Assembly (NCBI RefSeq): GCF_009914755.1
Contig: NC_060925.1
Length of the DNA stretch: 64,000 nt
Origin: the human T2T-CHM13v2.0 reference genome, Homo sapiens
Direction: 5' to 3' (one strand)
In this document: in pieces, positions 1 to 19,333 of the stretch
Position numbering within the stretch: the stretch's first letter is position 1
Layout: each line of letters begins with the position of its first letter
Position numbers and translations under genes: made by a program
The notes under the pieces: generated by a model
Seen by the model: the letters and a program-made list of their open reading frames with translations, nothing else
Databases searched by the model: none
Told to the model about the DNA's origin: nothing

Positions 1-344
1 CGGGCGGATCACCTGAGGTTAGGAGTTCAAGACCAGCCTGACCAATATGGTGAAACCCCGTCTCTACTAAAAATACAAAATTAGCTGGGTATGGTGGCAT
101 GTGCCTGTAATCCTAGCTACTAGGGAGGTGGAGGCAGAAGAAGTGCTTGAACCTGAGAGGTGGAGGTGGCAGTGAGCCAAGATCACACCATTGTACTCCA
201 GCCTGGGTGACAAGAGTGAGACCCTGTCTCAAAACAAAACAAAACAAACTGAAGTTTTATTTTAAGAAAAGAGGATTTTCACCCTCCCCCTAACCATTAG
301 TCCAATTCCCCAATCAACCTTTATCATGCACTCTTACCTTTCCC

Positions 345-510
345 AGACCAGTAGTTTCCAATCCTTTAGATATATCAGAATTAGATCCCTAGACCATACT
401 CATTAGATTCTGATTCAGTAGGTAAGGGGTGAAGCCCTGAAATCTGTATCTTTAATAAACATCACCCTACATATCCATACACTCTTCAATTCTGATTCAA
501 GTTCTCGGAA
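345..510. mobile_element. MER5-like hAT DNA transposon relic (another, Alu-split, at ~20665-21190)
   Basis: CAGTAGTTTCC...AGATTCTGATTCAGTAGGT...GGGGTGAAGCCC...AATCTGTATCTTTAATAA pattern. Confidence 0.55.
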
Positions 511-835
511 CCAAATTATGAGAAACAAAATCCTGAAAGTCAGTTCTGCCTGGCCTTTCCTTCCCAATAGCTACCATCTTAGGCCTTTGAACCAAAGTGA
601 TGAAAATGAGCACCAAAGCTGCTGCTACCAATAACGCTAGGAGAACCTGACTTTCTTACTGTAATTATTTTGTATTAGCCTGTGCCAAAGATAAAAAGCA
701 CAGCTTATTATGAAGGCTAGGAGCAGTGGCTCATGCCTGTAGTCCCAGAACTTTGGGAGGCCGAGGCGGGCGGATCACCTGAGGTTGGAAGTTCGAGACC
801 AGCGTGACCAACATGGAGAAACCCCATCTCTACTA

Positions 836-1046
<211 letters not shown>

Positions 1047-1049
1047 TCA

Positions 1050-1714
<665 letters not shown>

Positions 1715-1827
1715 TTAAACTGGGTTCTACTCCTAGGAGTATAACAAATTGATTCTGTAACTTTGAGCAAGACAATGAATTTCTCTGAGATTTCACTGCC
1801 TACAAAGTGGTTAGAACTATCTGTCCT

Positions 1828-1930
1828 TGGGCAACCCACTCGGGTCCCCTACCACGTTGTGGAAACTTTGTTCTTTAACTCTTCACAATAAATCTTGCTG
1901 CTGCTCAAAAAAAAAAAAAAAAAAAAAAAA
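1828..1930 (+). mobile_element. L1-retrotransposed LTR12/ERV9 3'-end fragment with poly-A
   Basis: GGCAACCCACTCGGGTCCCC...AATAAATCTTGCTGCTGCTC followed by A24; 15-bp TSD AGAACTATCTGTCCT / AGAACTCTCTGTCCT (1813-1827, 1930-1944). Confidence 0.85.
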
Positions 1931-1974
1931 GAACTCTCTGTCCTGTCTATTCCTTTTTGTGGAGATTTCTGAAC

Positions 1975-3122
<1,148 letters not shown>

Positions 3123-3454
3123 TTAATTGTTTTATTTCTGTAATATTTGATTTCTTTATACCAAGCATATATTACTCTTACAGTTTTACAGTGAAAAAAG
3201 AGAAAACTCTGGAAAGAATATATCCTACAGAATCCAGCATATAGAGTATATCATGTCACTTCTACTCAGATGCCTTCTCTCTTCCCTGTCACTGTTTTCA
3301 AAAATCTTTCCAAGGTCCATTTCAATTACCAGCTCTTTCATGTAGCTGTCTCTGATCATCCTAAACAAAAGTTACCCTGTCCTCTTCTAAAATCTTACAA
3401 CAGCATTTATGCCACTTTGATGGCATATCTGAGTTTATTCAACAACTTCATTCA

Positions 3455-3640
<186 letters not shown>

Positions 3641-3937
3641 TTAGAAGGCTGAGGTGGGAGAATTGCTTGCGCCAAGGAGGTCAAGGCTGCAGTGAGCTAA
3701 GATCTCACCACTGCACTCCAGCCTGGGTGACAGAGTGAGACCCTGTCTCACACACACACAAAAAAGTACAATGTATTGTGAACCTAACAATGGGCCAGGC
3801 ACCCTGTCATTCATAAAGCTTTTATTCCATGACCAAATGATTATTCTCCTTTATCCCTCACAGATTCTAGCACAATGCCTTGTATAAAGAAAGTACTCAA
3901 ACATTTGCCAAATGATATACTATATAACTATTAATAG

Positions 3938-4162
<225 letters not shown>

Positions 4163-4439
4163 TGAGTAGCTGGGACTACAGGCGTGCACCACCACGCCCA
4201 GCAAATTTTTGTATTTTTAGTAGAGACAGGGTTTCACCCTGTTGGCCAGGATGGTCTCAATCTCTTGACCTTGTGATCCGCCCGCCTCGGCCTCCCAAAG
4301 AGCTGGGATAATAGGTGTGAGCCACCACGCCCAGCCTACTTAGTCTGTTTCCATCCAAACTTTTATCTGATCAATATTTCTTCCCCATTTCTGATAATAC
4401 CATTACTTCTTTAGGGTCACCACATACTTCAACCACACT

Positions 4440-4959
<520 letters not shown>

Positions 4960-5742
4960 TGAGGCAGGAGTTTAAGACCAGCCTGAGCAACATTTCTCTA
5001 CAGAAATTTTTAAAAAATTAGCCAGGCAAGGTGGTGCGTGCCTATAATCTCAGCTACTTGGGAGGCTGAGACCTGAGGACGATCTCTTGAGCCCAGGAGT
5101 TTAAGGCTACAGTGAGCTATGATCACCCCACTGTGATCCACCCTGGGCAACACCCTGTTTTGGGACAGTGTCTCAAAAACAAAAGACAACAACAAAACTA
5201 CATGTGCATGTATGTTTCAAGGGATTCAAATCTTAGCATTCAACAATCTTAGGATTCAAAAGATTCCTTACCCAGAAAAAGAAATGTTAAGAATTGGCCC
5301 AGGCACGGTGGCTCATGCCTATAATTCTAGCATTCAGGAGGCCAAGGTAGGAGGATTGTTTGAGGCCAGGAGTTTGGGAACAGCCTGGGCAACATAGTGA
5401 CATCTCGTTTCTACAAAAAATAAAAAATTAGTCGGGCACAGTGGCATGTGCCTGTAGTCCCAGCTACTCAGTGGGATAAGGGGTAGGATTGCTTGAGCCC
5501 AGGAGGTCAAGGCTGCAATGAACCGTGACTGCAACACTGCACTCAGCCTGGGTGACAGAGTGAGACCCTGTCTCAGGAAAAAAAAAAAAAGAAAAATTAA
5601 CTACTGATTTAAGATAAATTATCAGTTAAATACAAATTAAATCAATTAACCCAAACCATTCCATTCTATACCCTTCCAAATACTAAAAATTTTACAACAG
5701 ATAATGGACAGTATACATAATAAATCACAAACCAAAACTTAC

Positions 5743-5935
5743 CTTCATTCCCCACATCATCATTCATAAGTCCCCCCAGCCACATCTTCCAGTCCTCATC
5801 ATCTGCCGTATTGGGGTCATACATATCTGGAGTGATGTCTGGAGCTTGGAGCTCTGCCTCTAATTGGCCCAGGGGAACATCTTTCAGGGGCATCTTAGAA
5901 CGCGTTCGAAATGCAATGAGACTGTCATCCATGGG
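5743..5935 (-). CDS. GON4L: GON4L exon 11 (193 nt); gene continues beyond the window start
   Basis: [39 protein letters not shown]...VGNE; tgtccag acceptor, gtaagt donor. Confidence 0.95.
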
Positions 5936-6129
5936 CTGGACAATGGAGAAAGAAAAGTCACTGAGTGAGTGATGTTTCCAAACCTCATCATCACTCCTTT
6001 TCTTCTCATCTTAGCTTAAGTAACAGGATCCTTCCTCTAAACAATTTGGATTTATTATTGTTTGAGAAACTTTAAGAAACACGACATAAAAAAGAAATAA
6101 AATAAATGACATCAGTTTGAAACCAACAT

Positions 6130-7162
<1,033 letters not shown>

Positions 7163-8495
7163 TGACCTCAGGTGACCTACCTGCTCAGCCTCCCAAAGTG
7201 TTGGGATTACACGTGTGAGCCACTGGATCCATACTCAGCTAATTTTTTTCATTTTTTGTAGAGATGGGGGTGGGGGGACTCCCTATGTTGCCCAGGCAAG
7301 TTTCAAACTCCTGGACTGGGCTCAAGTAATCCTCCTGCCTTGGCCTTCCTAACTGCTGGGATTAAAGGCATGGTGGTATGTGCCTGTGGTACCAGCTACT
7401 CAAGAGGCTGAGTCAGGAGAATTGCTTGGGTTTAGGAGTTCAAGGTGACAGTGAGACACGTACCACTGCACTCCAGTCACCATGCCTGGCCCCGAATTCC
7501 TTTTTTCACCCAATAATATCCCATTGTATAGATATACCACTTTTGTTTATCCAATTATCTGTTGATGGAATTCAGATTGTTTCCACTGTGGGGCAATTAA
7601 GTATAATACCGCTGGCTGAATGCATTGGCTCACACCTGCAATCCCAACACTGTGGGAGGCCCAGGAAGAACTGCTTGAAGCTAGGAGTTTGAGACCAGCC
7701 TGGGTAACACAGTGAGACCTCATCTCTGCCACAAACAAACAAATTAGTTGCGTGTGGTGGCACCAATTGTAGTCCCAGCTACTTAGGAGGCTGAAAGAGA
7801 AGGATCTCTTGAGACTAGGAGATCAAGGCTGTAGTGAGCCATGATTGCACCATTGTACTCCAACCTAAGCAAGAGAGACATCTCAAAAAAAAAAAAAAAA
7901 CAGGGCCAGGCACAGAGGCTCACATTTGTACATCTGTAAACCCAGCACCTTGATAGGCTGTGGTGACAAGATCGCTTGAGTCTAGGAGTTCAAGACCAGC
8001 TGGGCAACACAGCAAGACCCCCATCTCTACAAAAAATAAAAAGTTAGCTGGGAGTGGTGGCATATGCCTGTAGTTCCAGCTATGCAAGAGCCAACGTGGG
8101 AGGATCACTTGAACACAGGAGGAGGTTGAGGCTGCAGCAAGCTGAGATCATACCACTGCACTCCAGCCTGGGCAACAGAGCAAGACTCTTATTTAAAATA
8201 TTTATTTTAAAAAAATGAGGCTGGGTGCAGTGGCTCACACCTGTAATCCCAGACTTTGGGAGGACAAGGTGGGCGGATCACGAGGTCAGAAGATCAAGAA
8301 CTTCCTGGCTAACAGTGAAACCCCGTCTCTATAAAAAATACAAAAAATTAGCTGGGCATGGTGGCAGGCGCCTGTAGTCCCAGCTACTCAGGAGGCTGAG
8401 GCAGGACAATGGCATGAACCCGGGAGGCAGAGCTTGCAGTGAGCCGAGATCGCACTACTGCACTCCAGTCTGGGTGACAGAGCCAGACTCCGTCT

Positions 8496-8531
<36 letters not shown>

Positions 8532-8857
8532 AGAAAGTGTGAGACCTCCATCTTTGTACTTTTTAAAGACTGTTTTGGCTATTCTGGGCCTGTGCAATTC
8601 CACATGAATTTTAGGATTAGACTGTTAATTTCCACAAAAATGGTAGCTGGGATTTGGATAGGGACTGCATTGAATCTGTAGATCAATTTGGGAAGCTCTC
8701 CCTAGACTACACTGCATCAACCTGCTAATGGGTTTCTGTTTACCCTCTTGCTTTACTCTAGTCCATTTCCCACACGTTAACCAAAAGGAATTTTTAACAT
8801 TAATCCAAAAATATCACAAAAATCTTTTCTTATTTATTTATTTATTTTTTTTTTTGA

Positions 8858-9144
<287 letters not shown>

Positions 9145-10311
9145 TAATGTTTAAAATAAAATCTACACCCCTTATCATGGTTTCCTAAGACCTTCATGAT
9201 CTAGCTCTTGCCTTGCTCTCTGACCTCATTTCTACCTCTTTTTCACGATCCCACCCTTCATGTAGTTTCTGTTCCTTAACCATGCCAAGGTTGTTTCTAT
9301 CTTAGCGACTTAGAATGTGCTGTTTCTTCCATATGGAGCACTTTTTCTCCCCAGATCTTTTACATGCCTGGCTTCCTCTCATTCGGATCTCAGTTTAAAT
9401 GCCATCTCCTCAAAGAGGCCTTTTTTCTTTTTGTTTTTTGTTTTTTTGACAGTCTTGCTCTGTGGCCCAGGCTAGAGTGCTGTAGCATGATCACAGCTCA
9501 CTGCAGCCTCGATCTCCTAGGCTCAGCCTCCCAAGTAGCTGAGGCTACAGGTGTGTAACAGGATGCCCAGCTAAGTTTTGTGTTTTTTTTGGTAGGGACA
9601 AGGTCTCACTAGGTTACCCAGGCTTGTCTTGACCTCCTGGGCTCAAGTGATCCACTCTCCTTGGCCTCCTAAAGTGTTGGGATTATGGACATAAGCCACC
9701 AAACCGGACCCTGTTTTTTAAAATTTTTTTTTAAAAAGTTCTCATACTATTACCCATGCTGGAGTATAGGGGTGCAGTCATGGCTCACTGTAGTCTCAAG
9801 CTCCCAGGCTTAATCAATCCTCCTGCTTCAGCCACCAAGCAGCTAAGAATACAGGCATGCGCCACCACACCTATATAATTTTTCTGAGTTTTTGGAGAGA
9901 TGGAGTCTCACTATATTGCCTAGGCTGGTCTCAAACTCCTAGCCTCAAGCAATCTTCTAGCCTAGGACTCCCAAAGTGATGGAATTACAGCCAAGGAGGT
10001 CTTTTTTGATCAGCCTATCTAAAGTTCTCTGACAGGAAGTTTCATATTTCCTCATTTTAATTTAGTTCATAGCACTTAACCACATCCGAATTTACTTGTT
10101 TATATGTTTATAGTCTATCTCTCCTCAACAGACTAAGTTCCATGAAGAACAATTTTTTCTGTCTTCTACACTGTTGTTTCTCAACTTCAACCATTCAGTA
10201 TGTGTTTGGTAAATAAATGATTACATAAAAAACTATTACTGCTCCTACTACTACATACTCCAAAGCATGGTGATTAAATGACTCAGAGCTATTCCATTCA
10301 ATATTCTATTT

Positions 10312-10856
10312 TTAATTATATACTTATATATAATTATAAATTATATACTTATAAATTATATACTTATATATACTTATAAATTATATACTTATATATACTT
10401 ATAAATTATATACTTATATATACTTATAAATTATATACTTATATATACTTATAAATTATATACTTATATATACTTATAAATTATATACTTATATATACTT
10501 ATAAATTATATACTTATATATACTTATAAATTATATACTTATATATACTTATAAATTATATACTTATATATACTTATAAATTATATACTTATATATAATT
10601 ATAAATTATATACTTATATATAATTATAAATTATATACTTATATATAATTATAAATTATATACTTATATATAATTATAAATTATATACATATATAATTAT
10701 AAATTATATACATATATAATTATAAATTATATACATATATAATTATAAATTATATACATATATAATTATAAATTATATACATATATAATTATAAATTATA
10801 TACATATATAATTATAAATTATATACATATATAATTATAAATTATATACATATATA

Positions 10857-10881
<25 letters not shown>
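10312..10881. repeat. AT-rich minisatellite (25/23-bp units) grading into (TA)n
   Basis: Units TTATAAATTATATACTTATATATAC, ...TATAA and TTATAAATTATATACATATATAA arranged in blocks; abuts the T-tail of the minus-strand Alu 10882-11167. Confidence 0.95.
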
Positions 10882-10887
<6 letters not shown>

Positions 10888-10896
10888 GAAATGTAG

Positions 10897-11073
<177 letters not shown>

Positions 11074-11435
11074 TGACCAGGCTGGTCTCAAACCTGACCT
11101 CGGGTGATCCACCCACCTGGGCCTCTCAAAGTGCTGGGATTACAGGTGTGAGCCACCACACCCAGCCTTAATTATATTTTTTAATTTTAGGATTTCTTTT
11201 TAAATTATTATATCATACTTTAAAATTTTAGGACAGACATTTTTCATTGACCTGCAAGAATGATAGGGGAAACTTGGAACATTAAAATTTACTGGCTAAG
11301 GCCAGGCATGGTGGCTCACGCCTGTAATCCTAGCACTTTGGGAGGCCAAGGCAGGCGGATCATGAGGTCAGGAGATCGAGACCATCCTGGCTAACACAGT
11401 GAAACCCCGTCTCTACCAAAAAATACAAAAAATTA

Positions 11436-11672
<237 letters not shown>

Positions 11673-12119
11673 CTAAGGCCAGTTCAAAACCAGCCTGGCC
11701 AACAATAAAACCCTGTCTCTACTAAAAAATACAAAAAATTAGCTGGCGTAGTGGTGTGTGCCTCTGGTCCCAGCTACTCAGGAGGCTGAGGCACGAGAAC
11801 TGCTTGAACCCGGGAGGCAGATCAGATGTTGCAGTCAGCTGAGATCACACCACCGAACTCCAGCCTGCGTGACAGACTGTGACTCCATATCCAAAAAATA
11901 AAAAATTACTCACTAAATGTTAGAATTACAAAGTCATCATTTGACAACGACCATAGTAAAGACTGTTTCAAGAAAGAAAATCAGGCCAAGCGTGGTGGTT
12001 CACGCCCGTAATCCCAGCATTTTGGGAGGCCGAGGCAAGTGGATCACGAGGTCAGGAGATCAAGACCATCCTGGCTAACACGGTGAAACCCCCATCTCTA
12101 CTAAAAATACAAAAAATTA

Positions 12120-12362
<243 letters not shown>

Positions 12363-12949
12363 TCACGTCTGTAATCCCAGCACTCTGGGAGGCTAAGGTG
12401 GGCAGATCACTTGAGGTCAGGAGTTCGAGACCAGCCTGGCCAATGTGGTGAAACCCCATCTCTACTAAAAATACAAAAAATTAGCTGGGTGTGGTGTCAG
12501 TCACCTGTAATCCCAGCTACTCAGGAGGCTGAGGCAGGAGAATCGCTTGAACCCCGAAGTGGAGGTTGCAGTGACCCAAGATGGCACCACTGCACTCCAG
12601 CCTGGGAGACAGGCAAGACTCTGTCTCAAAAAAAAAAAAAAAAAAAAAAAAAAAGAAGGCTGGGCGCGGTGGCTGACGCATGTCATCTCAGCACTTTGGG
12701 AGGCTGAGGCGGGTCAGGAGATCAAGATCATCCTGGCTAACACAGTGAAACTCCATTTCTACTAAAAAATACAAAAATTAGCCAGGCGTGGTGGTGGGCA
12801 CCTGTAATCCCAGCTACTCAGGAGGCTAACGCAGGAGAATCACTTGAACCCAGGAAGCAGAGGTGCAGTGAGCTGAGGTCGCGCCACTGCACTCCAGCCT
12901 GGGCAAGAGAGTGAGACTCCATCTAGGAAAAAAAAACAGAAAGAAAGGA

Positions 12950-13738
<789 letters not shown>

Positions 13739-14155
13739 TGATTTTGATTAACACTATTATACTGTGTTAATACAAGATAATAAACTCATTTTTAGAAAAT
13801 ATACACAAAAGCATGCAGAGGTAAAATGGCATCATGCCTGCATCACACTCTAAAATGATTTAGAAAACACTATGTGTATATACAGAGAAAGAGGAAGAGA
13901 ACCATCAAGCAATTGTGGTAAAAGGTTAATTTGGGGGAATTTGGGTGAAGCTTTTTCCTATGTTCTACATTTTAAAATGCTCTCTGCTACATAGTTCATT
14001 TCTTCCTTAGAAACTGCCATTCTCAGCCAGGCACGGTGGTTCACACCAGTAGTCCTACCACTTTGAGAGGCTAAGGTGGGAGGATCACTTGAGCCCAGGA
14101 GTTCAATACCAGCCTGAGCAAAAATATAGGGAGACCTCATCTCTACAAAAAACTA

Positions 14156-14395
<240 letters not shown>

Positions 14396-14508
14396 CTAAC
14401 TCTTACTTATATAAAATTGTAGTTATCTTTTCCTCTCCCTTCCCAGCCTGAGCAACAACTACATTACTCCACTTGACTTTCTCAGTTAAGTACAGTTTTA
14501 ATATTTAC

Positions 14509-14679
14509 CTGGAAAGAATCCATGCAGACTGGACTGGAAGCCAGCTCCTCATCTACCGCATGTAACTTCTCCATGAAAGTACTATCTCTGGTCTGTTTCG
14601 GCTTTGGAGGGGGCGGGGGCCCCATGGGCACTACCTCAGCACTGATGTGCCTGATGGCTGGTGTGGTGACTTTCTCAGC
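14509..14679 (-). CDS. GON4L: GON4L exon 10 (171 nt)
   Basis: [29 protein letters not shown]...MDSFQ; ttttaatcag acceptor, gtaaat donor. Confidence 0.94.
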
Positions 14680-15204
14680 CTGATTAAAAGAGGTGACTGC
14701 ATCAAAAAAGGAAGGAGGTAAGAAAGAAAGAGAAAGCAAAAAAAGGAAAAAAAGAGAGGGAAAAAGAGGCAGACTTTCCATACACCATTGTCCTTTCTCT
14801 TCTCTAGTTAGAGTTACATAAAAACAAAGACACCAAGTGTATTGATCTAATTAGTTTTCATCCTATTTCTAGAGAAGTCAACAGAATGCTACTTAGTTTA
14901 CCAAAATGTGGGAAATTAATAACAATGGCTTTAGGACAATATTAAAAAGCACAGATATGAAAGAAGAGAAGGGTAGGAGAAAAGAAACTCTGCTAGTTGC
15001 ACATTTTTGGCCCCTTAATGAGAACTCAGAAAAGTTCTTTGGCTATCACTGAGTTCTAGCCTTCTCTGAACTGTTTACTAACTTAAGAAACTTTGAAAAA
15101 GGGTGACAGCCCAGAATCACCATGGATAAATAATCTACTTATACAGTTAAAAAATCTACTTAGACAGTTATGTCTAACATCTCTTTTGTATGATGCCGAT
15201 TTAC

Positions 15205-15324
15205 CTCTGATAATATGCCACTCTCCTCATCTGTTTCAGTCATCTCAGAAGACTGCCTCAATCTGGATTTCTTTGCCCCACGTGGAGATGAAGCAGTGCT
15301 TTCAACATCACTTTCCAATAAGCT
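15205..15324 (-). CDS. GON4L: GON4L exon 9 (120 nt)
   Basis: [40 protein letters not shown]; ttttgtag acceptor, gtaaat donor. Confidence 0.93.
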
Positions 15325-15421
15325 CTACAAAATAAATCCAGTTCGCCTTAATATTTATGCCCCTACCTCATTCCACAAAGTCTGAAGTATCTCAAGAGAA
15401 GGAATCATAAAATATCAATCA

Positions 15422-15658
<237 letters not shown>

Positions 15659-15716
15659 CTAGTTACAGTAACAGAAAATAAAATTTAAATAGAAACTTAA
15701 AGGCCAGGTGCAGTCA

Positions 15717-15875
<159 letters not shown>

Positions 15876-16679
15876 CTACTCAGGAGGCTGAGGCAGGAGA
15901 CTTGCCTGAACCCGGGAGATGGAGATGGCAGTGAGCCAACATCGCACACTGCACTCCATGGGCAACAGAGGAGACTCAAAAAAAAAATCCTAAAGGTGGG
16001 GACAGGGATCAGATCACTATCCTAATCTGCATTACAAAGTGTAAGGCCTTGGTCTAAAATCCTTTTACAAAACAATTCAAAGAACACATTAAGAAACAAG
16101 TCAAAGAACATATTAACACAGCAATGAAAGGGAACGAAGTATAGCTAAAACCAATAGTATAAATGAATCTCAAAAGCTTAATGTTGAATTTTAAAAAGCT
16201 AGGAACAAAACATATAAACATGGGTCCATTTATATAAAGTTCAAAACAGTAACAATTGAACTACAGTGTGTAGAGATACATATTGAGGTGATACAACTAT
16301 AAAGAAAAGCAAAGAAATAATTACTAAAAGGCAGGGTAGTGGTTATTTTTAGGGGGAGGGAGGTGATTGTGACTGGGGAGGGTATACAGGGGTTGTCCTA
16401 GTAATGATATATTTCTTGACTTTGCTATGAGTTTCATGAGGATTTGCATTATAATAACCAAAGCTATACATTTTTATTCTATGCACGTTTCTATGCTGTA
16501 TTTCATAATACAACAAATTCTAAAATTAAGGGAGTATAAAGGGCAGAAAAACAGCTTAAAGCACAGAAATGAGCTGAAAAAAGAACCATGTCTCAATCCT
16601 CTCTACAAGTGACATTACTAAGGAAGCAAAGTATACCCTGCTCTATTAAGACAAATATTACCAACTAACATTCACTGAC

Positions 16680-16775
16680 CTCTTCAGCAGTTTCATCTTC
16701 TTCTTCATCATCCGGCTGGTATTCTTCATCTGAGGAATCATCTTCTTCAAGGTGGATATCCACAAACTGAGGAGG
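16680..16775 (-). CDS. GON4L: GON4L exon 8 (96 nt), acidic
   Basis: [32 protein letters not shown]; aatgtag acceptor, gtcagt donor. Confidence 0.92.
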
Positions 16776-17086
16776 CTACATTAGTACAATTAGAAAGAAA
16801 TGAAGTAATGGGAAACACAAATCATACGTATTTGGAAAATAAGGGGAAGAAGCAGGGCAGAAAAAAAAAAAATCCTAAGAGCATAATGTACAGCTAAAGC
16901 AAATAACACGAGGCAGAGGTTAAAGTGAATTCCATGAGATACAAACCTAAGAGTAATAGAATGGAAAAAAACAAAGCTGGAATTAAAACAAAGATTGATC
17001 AAGAAAAGTTAAAGAGGAAGTACTTAAGTTTCAAAACCGATGAAGTCTTTCTGGAAAAGAATAACAATTATTTCTTCCAAGTTTAC

Positions 17087-17137
17087 CTTAATTTCATTGG
17101 CCTTCTTAATTGGTGAAATATTCCATGTTGGAATTAC
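17087..17137 (-). CDS. GON4L: GON4L exon 7 (51 nt)
   Basis: VIPTWNISPIKKANEIK; tttgttggtag acceptor, gtaaac donor. Confidence 0.92.
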
Positions 17138-18073
17138 CTACCAACAAAGAATATAAATAATTAAGTTATCTTAACTGAAATAATTGTTTTTCATGTTTAC
17201 TTCCTCTGTACCATCACTAACAGCCATATACTTAACAAGTAACTGCAGTGATCTAGAGGTGTTGATTATCCCTGAGGGTATACTCTCAATTATTTGTCAG
17301 AGTTAGAAAGAAGAAACCAGGAAAGAATCTATTACTGTCATTAGCATTTCTGCCTTACACCTGGTAAGCCTCACTTCTTTCTATAAATGAAGAAAACAAT
17401 GTCTACCTTGTTCATATCACAGCTGCGGTTTACATGGAACAACAGATGTGACAACTATTTATAAACTATTAAACTACACAAACCTAAGATATTTTGGTTA
17501 CAGTAGTCTTTTAACAGCAATATATTTTTGTAATCAGTTACATGAATCCACCATAAGTACAACTCCAAAAAGCCAGCCATGAAAAGCTTTTATGGACTAT
17601 TCTGCCTATGGGGTAGCCCTGCTCTGCCTATGGGCTTTTTTTTTTTCTTAAAAAAAAAAAAAAAAAAAAAAAAGCTTTTACCAGGGCATTTAGGGCAAAG
17701 TTTCATGTTGTCCACACTTATTTTTCCAATAGTACAGGAAAAAACAACACAGAGAGATATAAAGCAAATATGGCAAAATATTACTCTTGGAATTTAGATT
17801 CATTGTAACAATCTTTCAACTTTTTGAATGTTTGAAAATTTTTATAAGAGCTAGGGGGAAAGTTTTTCTTGTTTTTGTTTTTGTTTTGAGACAGGATCTT
17901 GCCCTGTTGCCTAGGCTAGAGCAGCAGCACAATCAGAGCTCACTGCAGCCTCAAATTCCTGAGCTCAAGCGATCCTCCTGCCTCAGCCTACTAATTAGCT
18001 AGGACTACAGGCATGCCTCCTCACCAGGCCTCACTAATTTTTTAAATTTTTTGTAGAGATGGAGTCTCATTAG

Positions 18074-18166
<93 letters not shown>

Positions 18167-19333
18167 TAGCCTAAAGAACTTTTTTAAAGTTCTTATATAC
18201 TGCTGATAAAATGCCATTGAGGATGTATAATTTCTTGACCATTTAATTGTAACCCAACCAAAAGCACCTTATGAACAAAAGCCAACTGGCCATTAGGTTC
18301 TGTCTCTAAAAGGAGTCTTAGCTTCTCAAATCAAATCAGCCCTGCTATGTTCTGACTATTTATCTAGTGCTGTGTAGGTGGGACCAATATAGGGTAAAGG
18401 GAATGATGTGATTCAGGCCCATTTCCCTTTCCTACCTACTGCCAAATCCATTAGAAAGGCAAGCCAGCATTCAGAAGTGTGTTGGAGTCAGTCTAGTAAG
18501 AATTAAGAAGGCCAAGTATAGCGGCTCATGCCTGTAATCCCCCCATGTTGGGAGATCAAGGCAGAAGGATCACTTGAGCCCAGGAGTTTGAGTTCAGCCT
18601 GGGCAACACATTAAGACCCTATTTCTACAAAAGAATGTTTCAAAAAAACCAATTAGCTGGACATGGTGGCACATGCCTATAGGCCTAGCTGTCTGCGAGG
18701 CTAAGGCAGGAAGATCCCTTGAGCACAGGAAGGAGTTCAAGGCTGCAGTGAGCTATGATTAGGCCACTGTACTCTAGCCTGAGCAACAGAGCAAGTCACT
18801 GAAAAAAAAAAAAAAAAAAAGAAAGAATTAAGAAGCAAGAGACCTACATTTTAATACTTGCTCTCCTACGTAAACTATACCGTCTTGGATGGCCCAACTT
18901 CTCCACATCTATATTCATGGCCAATAAACATAATTCAGAGCCTAATTTGATCTCCTTGGATTTTTTTTCCCCAAATCAAATAAAGAATTAATGTTAATTA
19001 TATTCTTTTTTTTTTTTAAGACAGAGTCTTGCTCTATCACCCAGGCTGGAGTGCAGTGGCATGGTCTCCGCTCACTGCAACCTCTCCCTCCTGAGTTCAA
19101 GCGATCCTCTCGTCTCTGTAGCTGGGATTACAGGCGCCCACCACACGCCCAGCTAACTGTTGTATTTTTAGTAGAGACGGGGTTTCGCCATGTTGGCCAG
19201 GCTGGTCTCAAACTCCTGACCTCAGGTGATCCAGCTGCCTCGGCCTCCCAAAGTGCTGGGATTACAGGCATGAGCCACCGTGCCCAGCCATGTTAATTAT
19301 ATTCTATATGTCAAGTAGACTTCATAGAACTTC

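Noticed and set aside
10312-10881. Repeat array as a CRISPR-like locus
   Set aside because: No unique spacers, eukaryotic context; it is a simple AT minisatellite.
17500-17640. GGCTGG-starting segment on the minus strand as a Y RNA or vault RNA pseudogene
   Set aside because: Only the first few bases match; no recognisable stem or Pol III boxes. More likely an old repeat fragment.
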